This document shows positions 35,027-42,865 of a stretch of DNA of 42,865 nucleotides, in pieces. The position numbers were made by a program, and so were the translations under genes. Source of the DNA: Chloroflexota bacterium (GTDB lineage: Bacteria > Chloroflexota > Anaerolineae > JAYEMR01); assembly GCA_034718215.1 (NCBI GenBank), contig JAYEMR010000111.1:1-42865 (forward strand), read 5' to 3'. The notes beneath the pieces are model-generated. The model searched no databases and was not told where the DNA came from. It saw only the letters and a list, made by a program, of their open reading frames with translations. Each line of letters starts with the position of its first letter. Position 1 is the first letter of the stretch.

Positions 35027-38000
35027 TCATCGCCCAGTGGTTGCTCTGCGCACACCCAGGGTAATGCGATCCCCCTCCAGCTCGAAGCTTTGGACATAGG
35101 CCCTCGGCGGCGATGGTCCCTCCACCAGGTCGAGTGAGAGTGTCTCGGCCTGGATGTAGGCCGCCTGTTCCGGGTCCTCCATGACCTCAGCCAGTTGCCC
35201 CTCCGCCTGATAGTAGGTGGTGATGCGGTCCTCGATATTGAAGTCGGCCCTCTTGCGCATGTTTTGGATGCGGCGCACCAGATCTCGGGCCAGCCCCTCC
35301 CGCTCCAGCTCCGGCGTCAGGCGAGTGTCCACAGCCACGATGATGCCTCGCTCCTCGGCCACAGCATAGCCCTCACGAGCATGGGTGCGCACCTCCACCT
35401 CCTCCGGCAGCAGCTCAATGGATTGATCCTCCACCTGGATGGCTATCGGCACCCCAGCCTCAACCCGCTGGGCCAACTGCTCAGCGTCCATGCCCGCTAC
35501 TGCCTTCTGCATTTTGGGGAACAATGAGCCATACTTGGGCCCCAGCAGCTGAGGGAGCAGATGGGTCTCGTAGCTCACCAACTCTCCCGCCCGCTCCACA
35601 AAATCCAACCTTTTGACATTCAACTCATCCATTATGATCGCCGACAGCCGATCCAGGCGCTGTCGCTCGCTCTCACTGGCCAGCACCCGCGCTCGGGCCA
35701 AGGGCTGACGCAGTTTCAGGCCCGCTTGAGAGCGCGCCGAACGGCCCAGGCTGGCCGCTCGGATAGCCAGCTCCACGTCCCTCGCTAACTCCTCATCAAT
35801 GAGCGATTCATCGGCCACTGGCCAGTCGTTGTGGTGCACACTCTCCGGAGCCTTCTCATCCGTGGAGCGCACCAGATTCTGATACATCGCCTCTACGAAG
35901 AAGGGTGTGAAGGGAGCCAGAACCTTGCACAGTGTGGTCAGCACCCTGTAGAGCGTGCGATAGGCGGCGTCTTTGTCCGCGTCCTGTTCGCTCTTCCAGA
36001 ATCGGCGGCGGGAACGGCGCACGTACCAGTTGCTCAATTCGTCAATGAAGGCCTCGATGGGAGCGGTGGCTCCATAGACATCGTAGTCGTCAAGGTGCTC
36101 AGTGACCTTCTGTACCAGCACTTGAAGCTCGGAGAGGATCCATCTATCGAGTAATGAGTAACGCCTGCACCCGTGGCGCAGGCACAGGTGAGTCAATGGG
36201 TCAGCCTTCGTTACCCCACCCGGCTCCCAGCCGTCAATGTTGGCGTAGGTCACGAAGAAGGAGTAGACATTCCAAAGGGGGATCAGGAAGCGCCGTCGCG
36301 TCTCATCGGCCAGGGCGTAGCCGAAGCGGAGGTCTTTCTCGGGCCGGTGGGAGCAGAACATCCAGCGCATCACATCCACTCCCATGTTCTCAGCCGCCTC
36401 ATCGAACCAGATGGCGTTGCCCCAGCTTTTGTGCATCTGCCGGCCATCCTCCGCCAGGAGCAGGGCGTAGGAGAAGACATTGCGGAAGGGAGCCTTACGC
36501 TCCATGATAGTGCTCATAGCCAGGAGGGAGTAGAACCAGTTTCGGAATTGAAGCAGGAAGGTCTCGCTGATTAGATCAGCGGGGAACCATTTCTCCCAGT
36601 ACTGGCGGTCGCGGTGGTAATTCAAGGTGGAAAAAGCCACGATTCCCGCGTCCAGCCAGGGATTTCCCACGTCGGGAACGCGGGAGGCGGGAGTTCCGCA
36701 CTTCGGGCAGCGGATCTTCACCGCATCTATCCAAGGGCGGTGAGGAGAATGCCCCTCGAACTCCTCCCAGCCCTCGACGGCCCGCTCTTTAAGTTCCTCC
36801 TTGCTGCCGATGACGGTGAAATGGCCGCACTTTGGGCACTCCCAGATGGGCAGGGCTAAGCCCCAGTAACGTTTCTTGGAGATCATCCAGTCCTGCATGT
36901 TGCGCAGCCAGTCCATCTCCCGGTCGAAGCCGAAGCTCGGAATCCAGCGGGTATTCTGCATCACCTCCATGATCTGATAGCGGAGGTTGCGCTTTTTCTC
37001 CTCCTCGGTCACCTCCTCGTAGCCCTTGTCCAGCTGATCGCCCATGTCAATGAACCACTCATCCACCAGACGAAATACCAGCTCCGTGCCGCAGCGCCAG
37101 CAGACGGGATAGCGGTGGGTGTAATCCTCCACTTTGTACAGCAGCCCCTTGCGTTCCAAGTCCTCGAAGATAGGCTCTGCGACCTCGGCCACATTTAGGC
37201 CCGTGAGCCAGTCGAACCCATTGATGAAGACTCCGGACTCGTCCAACGGCGCGAGCACAGGCAGGTCGTGTTCCTTGCTGAGCTCAAAGTCCTCAGCGCC
37301 GCAGCCAGGCGCGATGTGGACCACGCCCGTGCCCTCCTCCTCGCTCACCTCGTCCCATAGGATCACGCGATGGGGATAGGGACGCTCCTGCTCCTGGGCA
37401 ACCGCCAGGGTTGCCCCTACGGCGGGTAACTCATCGAAGGGCCCATCGTAGGCCCAGTCCTCCAGCGCCCTCCCCGGCATCTCCGCCAGCACCTCGTAGT
37501 CGCCGTCCAGGATGTGTAACGTGCCCTTGCAGAGGTAGAGGATCTCATCGTTATGGCGGACCTTGACGTAGGTCAGGTCGGGGCCGACGGCGGCAGCGAC
37601 GTTGGAGGTGAGGGTCCAGGGGGTGGTGGTCCACACCAGAAGCGATTCGTTTTGACGAGCTCGGAGGGGGAATCGCAAGGTGATGCTGGGGTGAGTCAGC
37701 TCCTGGTAGCCCTCGGTGACAATTTCGTGCTGGCTGATCCCAGTGCCGCAGCGGGGGCACCAGGGCATTACATCGTGGCCTTTGTAGATCCAGCCCTGTT
37801 CATGGCACTTCTTGAGGGCCTCCCAGATGTGGTAGTTGTTATCATCAGAGAAGGTGAAGTAGGATCCTCCAAGCTCGGGGGTGCCCAGCCGCCCGACGAT
37901 CTGCTCCACCGTGCCGGCCACCTTGCCTCGGGTCCCCTGGACGCTGATAACCTGCTCCGGGTCTTCCTCCATCTTATCCCGTAGCCAGCGCAGGAAATCG

Positions 38001-38440
38001 GGGTCATTCCAGTCCATCCAATATCCCAGCCGCTGAGATTGCTCGGTCTGCACGGCAGCATATTTGAGCGCCCGCTGTTTGCAGAGGTTGACGAAGGGGC
38101 CGATGCCGTAGGCTTCGATATCGCGCTTGGACTCGAAACCCAACTCCTTTTCCACCTCCACCTCGACCCACAGCCCTTGGCAGTCGAAGCCATTCTGGTA
38201 GCGGGTGTCGTAGCCTTTCATGGCCCAGTAGCGGTGGAAGAGATCCTTGTAGGTGCGGCCCCAGGCGTGATGCGTGCCCATGGGATTGTTGGCTGTAATG
38301 GGGCCATCAATGAAGGACCAGCGCTCGTTGCCTTGGTTCAACTCCCGGCGCTTCTCAAAAGCCTCGCTTTCCTCCCACCACTTTAAGATTTCTCTTTCCT
38401 GAGCCACGAAATCAACGTGAGTTGGCACCTCTTTGAACAT
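35027..38440 (-). CDS. ileS: Isoleucine--tRNA ligase, type 2 (GxHH signature)
   Basis: DGPITAN..GTHH, GFDCQGL, WTTTPWTL editing motif, GTGVVHIAPG, DWMISKKRYWG, QMHKS, LSNWYVRRSRRRFW, EGLARDLVRRIQ. Confidence 0.96.
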   Translation of the reverse strand: MFKEVPTHVDFVAQEREILKWWEESEAFEKRRELNQGNERWSFIDGPITANNPMGTHHAWGRTYKDLFHRYWAMKGYDTRYQNGFDCQGLWVEVEVEKELGFESKRDIEAYGIGPFVNLCKQRALKYAAVQTEQSQRLGYWMDWNDPDFLRWLRDKMEEDPEQVISVQGTRGKVAGTVEQIVGRLGTPELGGSYFTFSDDNNYHIWEALKKCHEQGWIYKGHDVMPWCPRCGTGISQHEIVTEGYQELTHPSITLRFPLRARQNESLLVWTTTPWTLTSNVAAAVGPDLTYVKVRHNDEILYLCKGTLHILDGDYEVLAEMPGRALEDWAYDGPFDELPAVGATLAVAQEQERPYPHRVILWDEVSEEEGTGVVHIAPGCGAEDFELSKEHDLPVLAPLDESGVFINGFDWLTGLNVAEVAEPIFEDLERKGLLYKVEDYTHRYPVCWRCGTELVFRLVDEWFIDMGDQLDKGYEEVTEEEKKRNLRYQIMEVMQNTRWIPSFGFDREMDWLRNMQDWMISKKRYWGLALPIWECPKCGHFTVIGSKEELKERAVEGWEEFEGHSPHRPWIDAVKIRCPKCGTPASRVPDVGNPWLDAGIVAFSTLNYHRDRQYWEKWFPADLISETFLLQFRNWFYSLLAMSTIMERKAPFRNVFSYALLLAEDGRQMHKSWGNAIWFDEAAENMGVDVMRWMFCSHRPEKDLRFGYALADETRRRFLIPLWNVYSFFVTYANIDGWEPGGVTKADPLTHLCLRHGCRRYSLLDRWILSELQVLVQKVTEHLDDYDVYGATAPIEAFIDELSNWYVRRSRRRFWKSEQDADKDAAYRTLYRVLTTLCKVLAPFTPFFVEAMYQNLVRSTDEKAPESVHHNDWPVADESLIDEELARDVELAIRAASLGRSARSQAGLKLRQPLARARVLASESERQRLDRLSAIIMDELNVKRLDFVERAGELVSYETHLLPQLLGPKYGSLFPKMQKAVAGMDAEQLAQRVEAGVPIAIQVEDQSIELLPEEVEVRTHAREGYAVAEERGIIVAVDTRLTPELEREGLARDLVRRIQNMRKRADFNIEDRITTYYQAEGQLAEVMEDPEQAAYIQAETLSLDLVEGPSPPRAYVQSFELEGDRITLGVRRATTGR
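36162..36190. repeat. In-frame CCTG...CAGG element inside ileS
   Basis: Minus strand CA-[cctgtgcctgcgccacgggtgcagg]-CG, 25+2 = 27 bp, encoding HLCLRHGCR(R); shares CACGGGTGC with the 66-bp element. Confidence 0.75.
37396..37420 (-). repeat. GTAG-type REP in frame inside ileS
   Basis: GTAG-GGGCAACC-CTGGC-GGTTGCCC: GTAG tetranucleotide plus a perfect 8-bp stem. Confidence 0.7.
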
Positions 38441-38542
38441 GCTTCTCCTCCTATTAACAACGAGCTCACAACGGACTGGAGAATCAAACAGACGAAGCCT
38501 ATCCGTGCAGATGGGCTTGCCCATGCGGACGGAAAAGCCCGT

Positions 38543-38570
38543 TTGACAAAACGCTCATAAAGACTACAAT
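38543..38570 (+). promoter_or_regulatory. Toxin-antitoxin module promoter
   Basis: TTGACA-16-TACAAT. Confidence 0.6.
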
Positions 38571-38603
38571 ATACACAGTATGCACAAGGGAAAGGGGAAT
38601 CAA

Positions 38604-38888
38604 ATGGCGATCTTAGCGCGTGCGATCTACAAAAAAGGGGTTCTGCATCCCAAAGAGCCGCTTGACATAGGTGAGCAAGCGGAAGTTGAGCTCCTTATCT
38701 TCCCCATCAGACAAGACACGCTGGCTGATGTGCTGGGTTTTGATCCAAGCGATACAAAAGCCCTAGCAGCCTCGGCTGAGCGCCATCGTCGGGCGATTCT
38801 ACGCATGGCTGGTACTGCCAGCAGTGATGAGCCCCACGACGGCTCGGTTCATCACGATAGATACATCTACACGGCAAGCTGGCGATGA
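38604..38888 (+). CDS. DUF104/AF2212-like antitoxin
   Basis: AIYKKGVLHPKEPLDIGEQAEV N-terminus; S..HDRYIY C-terminus typical of VapB-type partners. Confidence 0.78.
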   Translation: MAILARAIYKKGVLHPKEPLDIGEQAEVELLIFPIRQDTLADVLGFDPSDTKALAASAERHRRAILRMAGTASSDEPHDGSVHHDRYIYTASWR

Positions 38889-39304
38889 CCAAAGAACTAG
38901 CCTTCGTTGATACCAGCGCATGGTTTGCCATAAAGGATGCCCAGGATCAATATCACGCAGCGGCTATAGGTTTTCTGGCCGATTTCCAGGGCGACTTTGT
39001 GACCAGCAACTTTGTGATTGATGAAACCATTACTCTGGTACTCGTGCGATTGGGGTATTGGGCTGCCTTGGGGGTAGGTGAACAGCTTTGGAAAGGCAAA
39101 TTAGCACACAACGTGCGGATCACTGAAGACGACGAACGAGCTGCCTGGGAGCTCTTCAAGCGATACTCGGATAAAGGATTCTCCTTCACCGACTGCCCCA
39201 GCTTTGCGGTCATGGAGCGATTAGAGCTCCGCCGAGCCTTTGCTTTTGATGAAAATTTCTCGCAGACTGGCCAATTCTTACGCGTTCCCCGGTTGCAGGA
39301 ATAA
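38885..39304 (+). CDS. vapC: PIN-domain VapC toxin
   Basis: FVDTSAW, VIDET, FSFTD, AFDENF; ATGA overlap with the antitoxin. Confidence 0.88.
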   Translation: MTKELAFVDTSAWFAIKDAQDQYHAAAIGFLADFQGDFVTSNFVIDETITLVLVRLGYWAALGVGEQLWKGKLAHNVRITEDDERAAWELFKRYSDKGFSFTDCPSFAVMERLELRRAFAFDENFSQTGQFLRVPRLQE

Positions 39305-39387
39305 CAGCGGACTACAGAACTAGATAGACTAGAATTCAACGAACTTTCAGTCAGTTAAATTCCTCGGTCCGTTGTTGGCATCCTCTG

Positions 39388-39924
39388 CTAGTGCCCCAGT
39401 ACCTCCTCGATCTCCCCTCGTTCCTTCTCCTCAAAGGAAACGCTCCCGAAGCTGCGAACTATTTTCCGCACGCGATCCCGGCGCTGGAGCATCCGTGGCT
39501 CTCTGGCCTTCCACACCCCGGTTACCTGGTTGATCACCAGCCGGCTGTCGCCCTGCACTGTGACCTCGCATTGTTGAGGATCGGCACCCAGGGCGGTGAG
39601 CCGGCCGCGTAAGTCCTCCAAGGCATGGATCAGGGCCTCGTACTCCGCCTCGTTGTTGGTCATCCTCCCCCCGAACTCTAGGTGCACCACCTGAGGCAGC
39701 TCATCACTAAATTGGAGAGCGTAGCTTCCATAGCCGGGGCCGGGATTTACCCGGCTGCCGCCGTCAAAGAGGACCTTCGGCTGCCAAGCCTTGCCAGCAC
39801 CCCCATCGCGGGAGGACAGAAGGCGCTGAAAAGGAGGCCAATCGGCTAGTTGAGCGAAGAGCCAGCGCCGGTCGTTATCAGAGAGGGCGCGGATGGATTT
39901 CCATATCTCACGGACGTCTTCCAC
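39388..39924 (-). CDS. Ribonuclease HI family protein with N-terminal extension
   Basis: FDGGSRVNPG, TNNEAEYEAL, GDSRLVINQVTGVWK. Confidence 0.85.
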   Translation of the reverse strand: MEDVREIWKSIRALSDNDRRWLFAQLADWPPFQRLLSSRDGGAGKAWQPKVLFDGGSRVNPGPGYGSYALQFSDELPQVVHLEFGGRMTNNEAEYEALIHALEDLRGRLTALGADPQQCEVTVQGDSRLVINQVTGVWKAREPRMLQRRDRVRKIVRSFGSVSFEEKERGEIEEVLGH

Positions 39925-39938
39925 TTATCTCCTCCACT

Positions 39939-40256
39939 AAAAAGCCCTCGCCCCTTAAGGGATAAGGGACGAGGGCTCTCATACTTCTACCCCCGCGGTA
40001 CCACCCTCCTACCTGACGACAGACAGGATTGCCCCGTCTAGCAGGGCCACTCTGTGGGGTACGCATCCATACCCCCGTCTGGATAACGGTGGACGAGGCC
40101 GGCTGAGCTTACTTGCTGGCTGGCCGTGCTATCTGCCATTCGTCAGCGTTCAGTCAGCAGCTCTGGGAGGATTTTCGACAACAACTCGTCACCTGGCTTT
40201 CACCATCCCAGGCTCGCTGTCACGAGGTGATGTTGCTTACTCATTCCCATCATCGC
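39939..40256 (-). promoter_or_regulatory. T-box riboswitch, Ile specifier (AUC at 40172-40170), with intrinsic terminator
   Basis: GA motif, AGUA, AGCGAG / GGUGAAA, GAAA-AUC specifier loop, CCGUUA, T-box AGGGUGGUACCGCG, terminator stem 39943-39977 followed by a U-tract. Confidence 0.92.
40008..40027. repeat. 20-bp CCTG...CAGG-family element inside the T-box leader
   Basis: CCTACCTG-ACGA-CAGACAGG at a T^A step, directly 5' of the T-box sequence on the minus strand. Confidence 0.65.
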
Positions 40257-40290
40257 TTGTATAAAAGATGATAGCGCAGTGAGAAAACCG

Positions 40291-41145
40291 TCAAATTCCG
40301 GTTGCATCCCCTGACTCTCGGGAAAGCTGAGCATATAAAGCCAAAAGGTTCGCCTGATGTAGCTGGGGAGCCAATCCGCCCAGGGATAAGCGTGAGAGGC
40401 CAAAGTCCTCTATCCCCCAGCTCTTCAGTTGCTCTCGCTCTCCACCATCTGCCACATGTGCGGCCACGCGATCGTGGATCTCGTGCAAGTAGGCAATCCG
40501 TTCTTCTATAATGCTGGGTATCTCACCTCGGAGTAGGACCTCGCCGTGGCCCTGGACAAGGTGATCCAGTTTCATCTCCTTCAGCCAACCAAGCGTGTCT
40601 ATCATATCTTGCCAGTCACCCCATACTATGTAGGGAACTGGCATCATTATATCCCCCGCGAAGAGCAATTGATCTTCACGGATGTGGACCACGATAGAAT
40701 CTGGGGTGGGACCAGGGGCATGGATTAACTCCAAAGTTCTGTCGCCTAGGTGCACGAACATGCGCCCCCTGTCAAATAGGACATTGGGCAGGCGTAGCTC
40801 CACCTCGGCCAGTTCTGGGGTCTCCTCTTTGGCCTGGCGCAGGCTCTCCTCTCCATGGCGCTCCAAATACAGCCTCGTTCCCTTCCAGGAGATGATATCC
40901 GCCTCCGAGTACAGATAGTTGCCGTACACATGATCGGCGTGATAGTGAGTATTGATGACATAAAGAACATCTTCGGAGGAGCGCTCACTTATGAAATCGC
41001 GCATAGCACGCGATTCCTGAGGAAAGGGTAGGGTATCAATTATGACCGTCCCCTCCGGAGAGAATATCGCCCCCGCAGTGACCTGAAGGTACATCTCGCT
41101 GGTGAATACGTAGATATCATTCACAACCTGCTCTCTGAACACCAT
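40291..41145 (-). CDS. MBL-fold metallo-hydrolase (cyclase-like)
   Basis: NTHYHADH, PGPT, FAGD, QGHG. Confidence 0.85.
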   Translation of the reverse strand: MVFREQVVNDIYVFTSEMYLQVTAGAIFSPEGTVIIDTLPFPQESRAMRDFISERSSEDVLYVINTHYHADHVYGNYLYSEADIISWKGTRLYLERHGEESLRQAKEETPELAEVELRLPNVLFDRGRMFVHLGDRTLELIHAPGPTPDSIVVHIREDQLLFAGDIMMPVPYIVWGDWQDMIDTLGWLKEMKLDHLVQGHGEVLLRGEIPSIIEERIAYLHEIHDRVAAHVADGGEREQLKSWGIEDFGLSRLSLGGLAPQLHQANLLALYAQLSRESGDATGI

Positions 41146-41172
41146 CTCCCTCCTGATCACAGAGCAAGGGTA

Positions 41173-41420
41173 TGGCTTAGCTCACTGTAAAGACAAACCA
41201 CCAGGCTTCAGATACCCGATAGAAAACCCCGCCATGCCGTGTGCCAAGAGGTTTTGACCCTGTTTATAAAGTGGGGTGCTGCCCCAAGCACATACCGCTG
41301 TACTCAGGAACTAACTCCCCGATCTCATAGGTGTTAGCTCAAACCATATGGGCATCACGAACATAGCAGGGCATTTGTAGTATACCACAAAATTCCAAAG
41401 CGCGCGAGTGAGCTAAGCCA
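41173..41420. repeat. Perfect 14-bp inverted repeat (41173-41186 / 41407-41420) bracketing the 6S RNA gene and its promoter
   Basis: TGGCTTAGCTCACT / AGTGAGCTAAGCCA. Confidence 0.85.
41226..41373 (-). ncRNA. ssrS: 6S RNA
   Basis: Closing stem CCCUGCUAUGUUCGUG ... CACGGCAUGGCGGGG, internal UUUGAGC, GGGAG, CACCCCAC and GGGUCAAA blocks with a central bubble; upstream TG-G-TATACT (41379-41387). Ends approximate. Confidence 0.8.
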
Positions 41421-41436
41421 CTTGAGAAAGGGTATG

Positions 41437-42429
41437 CTACTCGCCTGTCTGTTCTGTCTCCATCTGGCCCTGCAGTCCCTCCAGGTTGAGCATGAATGGG
41501 CTCCCCGAGGGAACCATCATCACCCGGATATTGGGTGACAGCTTCTCGATGTAGCGATAGGTGATAAGGTTCTCATTCTGAGCGATCTGTTCGTTGATGA
41601 GACGCAGTGCCTCCGCCTCGCCCTCCGCCTTGGTGATAGCCGCCTGCTTCACCCCTTCGGCCTCGATCTCCCTCCGCTCCGCCTCCCGCTCCTCCCGCTG
41701 GAGCACAAACTTCATCTGCTCCGCCTCCTGCTGGGCGACCTGCTTCTGCTCAATGGCTTTAGAGTACTCCTCGGTGAAGATGATGTTGCGGACATCGAAG
41801 GAGAGGAGTTCGAATCCCTCGCTCTCCAACTGCTCCCTCAATGCTTCGGTGATCTGCTCCTGGATCTCGGCCCGCTTTGGGCCATAGACATCGGTAACTG
41901 TGTTCTGAGAGATGTGGTGCCTCACGATGGAGCGTATGGTGGGGCGGATGAGGATCTCCATGTAGCCATTGCGAAAGTTGTTGTGGACGTAGGCTGCCTT
42001 TTCCGGATCAATGCGGTAGCGGGTTGTGGAGTCAATCCCCACCTTCAGCCCCTCTATCGTCGGCGACCAGAGGGTGTCGCTCTCCCCTCGAGATGGATTG
42101 CTGGTCATGGTGTAGGCCTGCTCCATGACCGGGTAGCGGAAGACCTGGTTGATGTAGGGGCTTACGAAATGCGTCCCTGGCCCAAGGCCCCCCGGCCGTG
42201 TGCCGGTGAAGATATTGAACACCACCCCCACCTCACCCGCATCAATGACCACCATGCTGACGCTCAGGGTGCTGACCACTGCCGCGGCGATGAGAAGAAG
42301 CACAGCCACAGGGACGGATATCTTGCTCCTCCGTCCTTGGCTCCGCTGCACCATTATGTAGCCAATGTAGGCCACCAGGCTCGCCCAAAGCAAAGCGGCG
42401 ACGACTCTTAGAAAACTGGCGAAAAACAT
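41437..42429 (-). CDS. SPFH/prohibitin family membrane protein
   Basis: Two N-terminal TM helices, AGEVGV, AIEQKQVAQQ, AEGEAEA coiled coil, YIEKL. Confidence 0.88.
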   Translation of the reverse strand: MFFASFLRVVAALLWASLVAYIGYIMVQRSQGRRSKISVPVAVLLLIAAAVVSTLSVSMVVIDAGEVGVVFNIFTGTRPGGLGPGTHFVSPYINQVFRYPVMEQAYTMTSNPSRGESDTLWSPTIEGLKVGIDSTTRYRIDPEKAAYVHNNFRNGYMEILIRPTIRSIVRHHISQNTVTDVYGPKRAEIQEQITEALREQLESEGFELLSFDVRNIIFTEEYSKAIEQKQVAQQEAEQMKFVLQREEREAERREIEAEGVKQAAITKAEGEAEALRLINEQIAQNENLITYRYIEKLSPNIRVMMVPSGSPFMLNLEGLQGQMETEQTGE

Positions 42430-42521
42430 TTTCTCCCCCTCTCGATTAGCTTCCAACACTCAACCTCAATGATACCATGATTCGAGCTAAAAGCAAGCAC
42501 CCTATCTCATGTGCCTTCAAA

Positions 42522-42732
42522 CAGCTGGTGATTACCCACATCTCACCTGTACCAGGTACTGGCAGATTCGAGGCTGAGGCGTCCTCGCCGAAACTGTTCC
42601 CCTGTCCGTCGGACCCTGTCTGCCTGTACCCGATCACCTGTACCCGATCAGGTGCGGGCAGGCACGGGTGCGCAGGCAGGAGACGGGATGGCCAGCATAC
42701 CCCTCGGCGGGGAAGCCTCGTTCCTCTTGTTG
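42522..42732. repeat. Repeat B, filled copy with an 87-bp nested insertion (42601-42687)
   Basis: Aligns to 16379-16503. The insert is a 21-bp palindrome split by the 66-bp element (42615-42680). Confidence 0.9.
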
Positions 42733-42748
42733 AAGATGTGACTTCCTA

Positions 42749-42801
42749 TGTCAAACAGCAACTTCTCGCTGTTTGACACTCTCCCCGACCCGTGGTATAT
42801 T
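42749..42801 (+). promoter_or_regulatory. Sigma70 promoter whose -35 lies in an 11-bp inverted repeat
   Basis: TTGACA (42773-42778)-17-TATATT with TG; TGTCAAACAGC-8-GCTGTTTGACA. Confidence 0.65.
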
Positions 42802-42865
42802 AACACTGCGGGGAGAGGGGAAAGCGGAAGGCTGTTGTCGCTGTTCAGCGGCTGCCACGCTTTCC

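Noticed and set aside
40268-40294. Promoter for the T-box leader (TTGACG...TATCAT, minus strand)
   Set aside because: Spacer is only 15 bp; plausible but not supportable.
19728-42687. CRISPR array interpretation of the CCTG/CAGG repeats
   Set aside because: Copies are dispersed and nested, with no regular repeat-spacer periodicity and no cas genes.

Overview
GC-rich bacterial chromosomal window; gene content and style suggest Chloroflexota/Anaerolineae (inference only). Left to right: the 5' end of an IS701-family transposase; a minus-strand run of UROD/MtaA-like methyltransferase, ROK kinase, YkoF-like protein, SAM methyltransferase, Asp/Glu racemase and an AT-rich ZIP transporter; a sugar catabolic operon (PfkB kinase, Gfo oxidoreductase, TIM-barrel isomerase, FucI/AraA-like isomerase, class II aldolase); tsaD, NTPase, TIM barrel, SagB-type flavoprotein, alpha/beta hydrolase, araB and an MFS transporter; an E1-less E2 / AhpD-like / E3 operon; two Uma2 nucleases interleaved with a TIM-barrel/Gfo/ThuA/Gfo cluster; a DUF1640-like gene, lysC, hisS, nadK, recN; ileS (GxHH-type IleRS2) separated from its Ile T-box by an RNase HI gene and an antisense VapBC-type module; an MBL hydrolase, 6S RNA inside a perfect 14-bp inverted repeat, and an SPFH protein. 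The most striking signal is a family of tiny CCTG...CAGG palindromic elements. They nest inside one another and inside other repeats (one empty/filled site pair is visible), show two junction types (blunt Y^A, or a 2-bp CA/CG duplication), mostly add multiples of 3 bp, and sit in frame inside several intact genes including ileS. All calls come from reading the sequence by eye; no database search was run.
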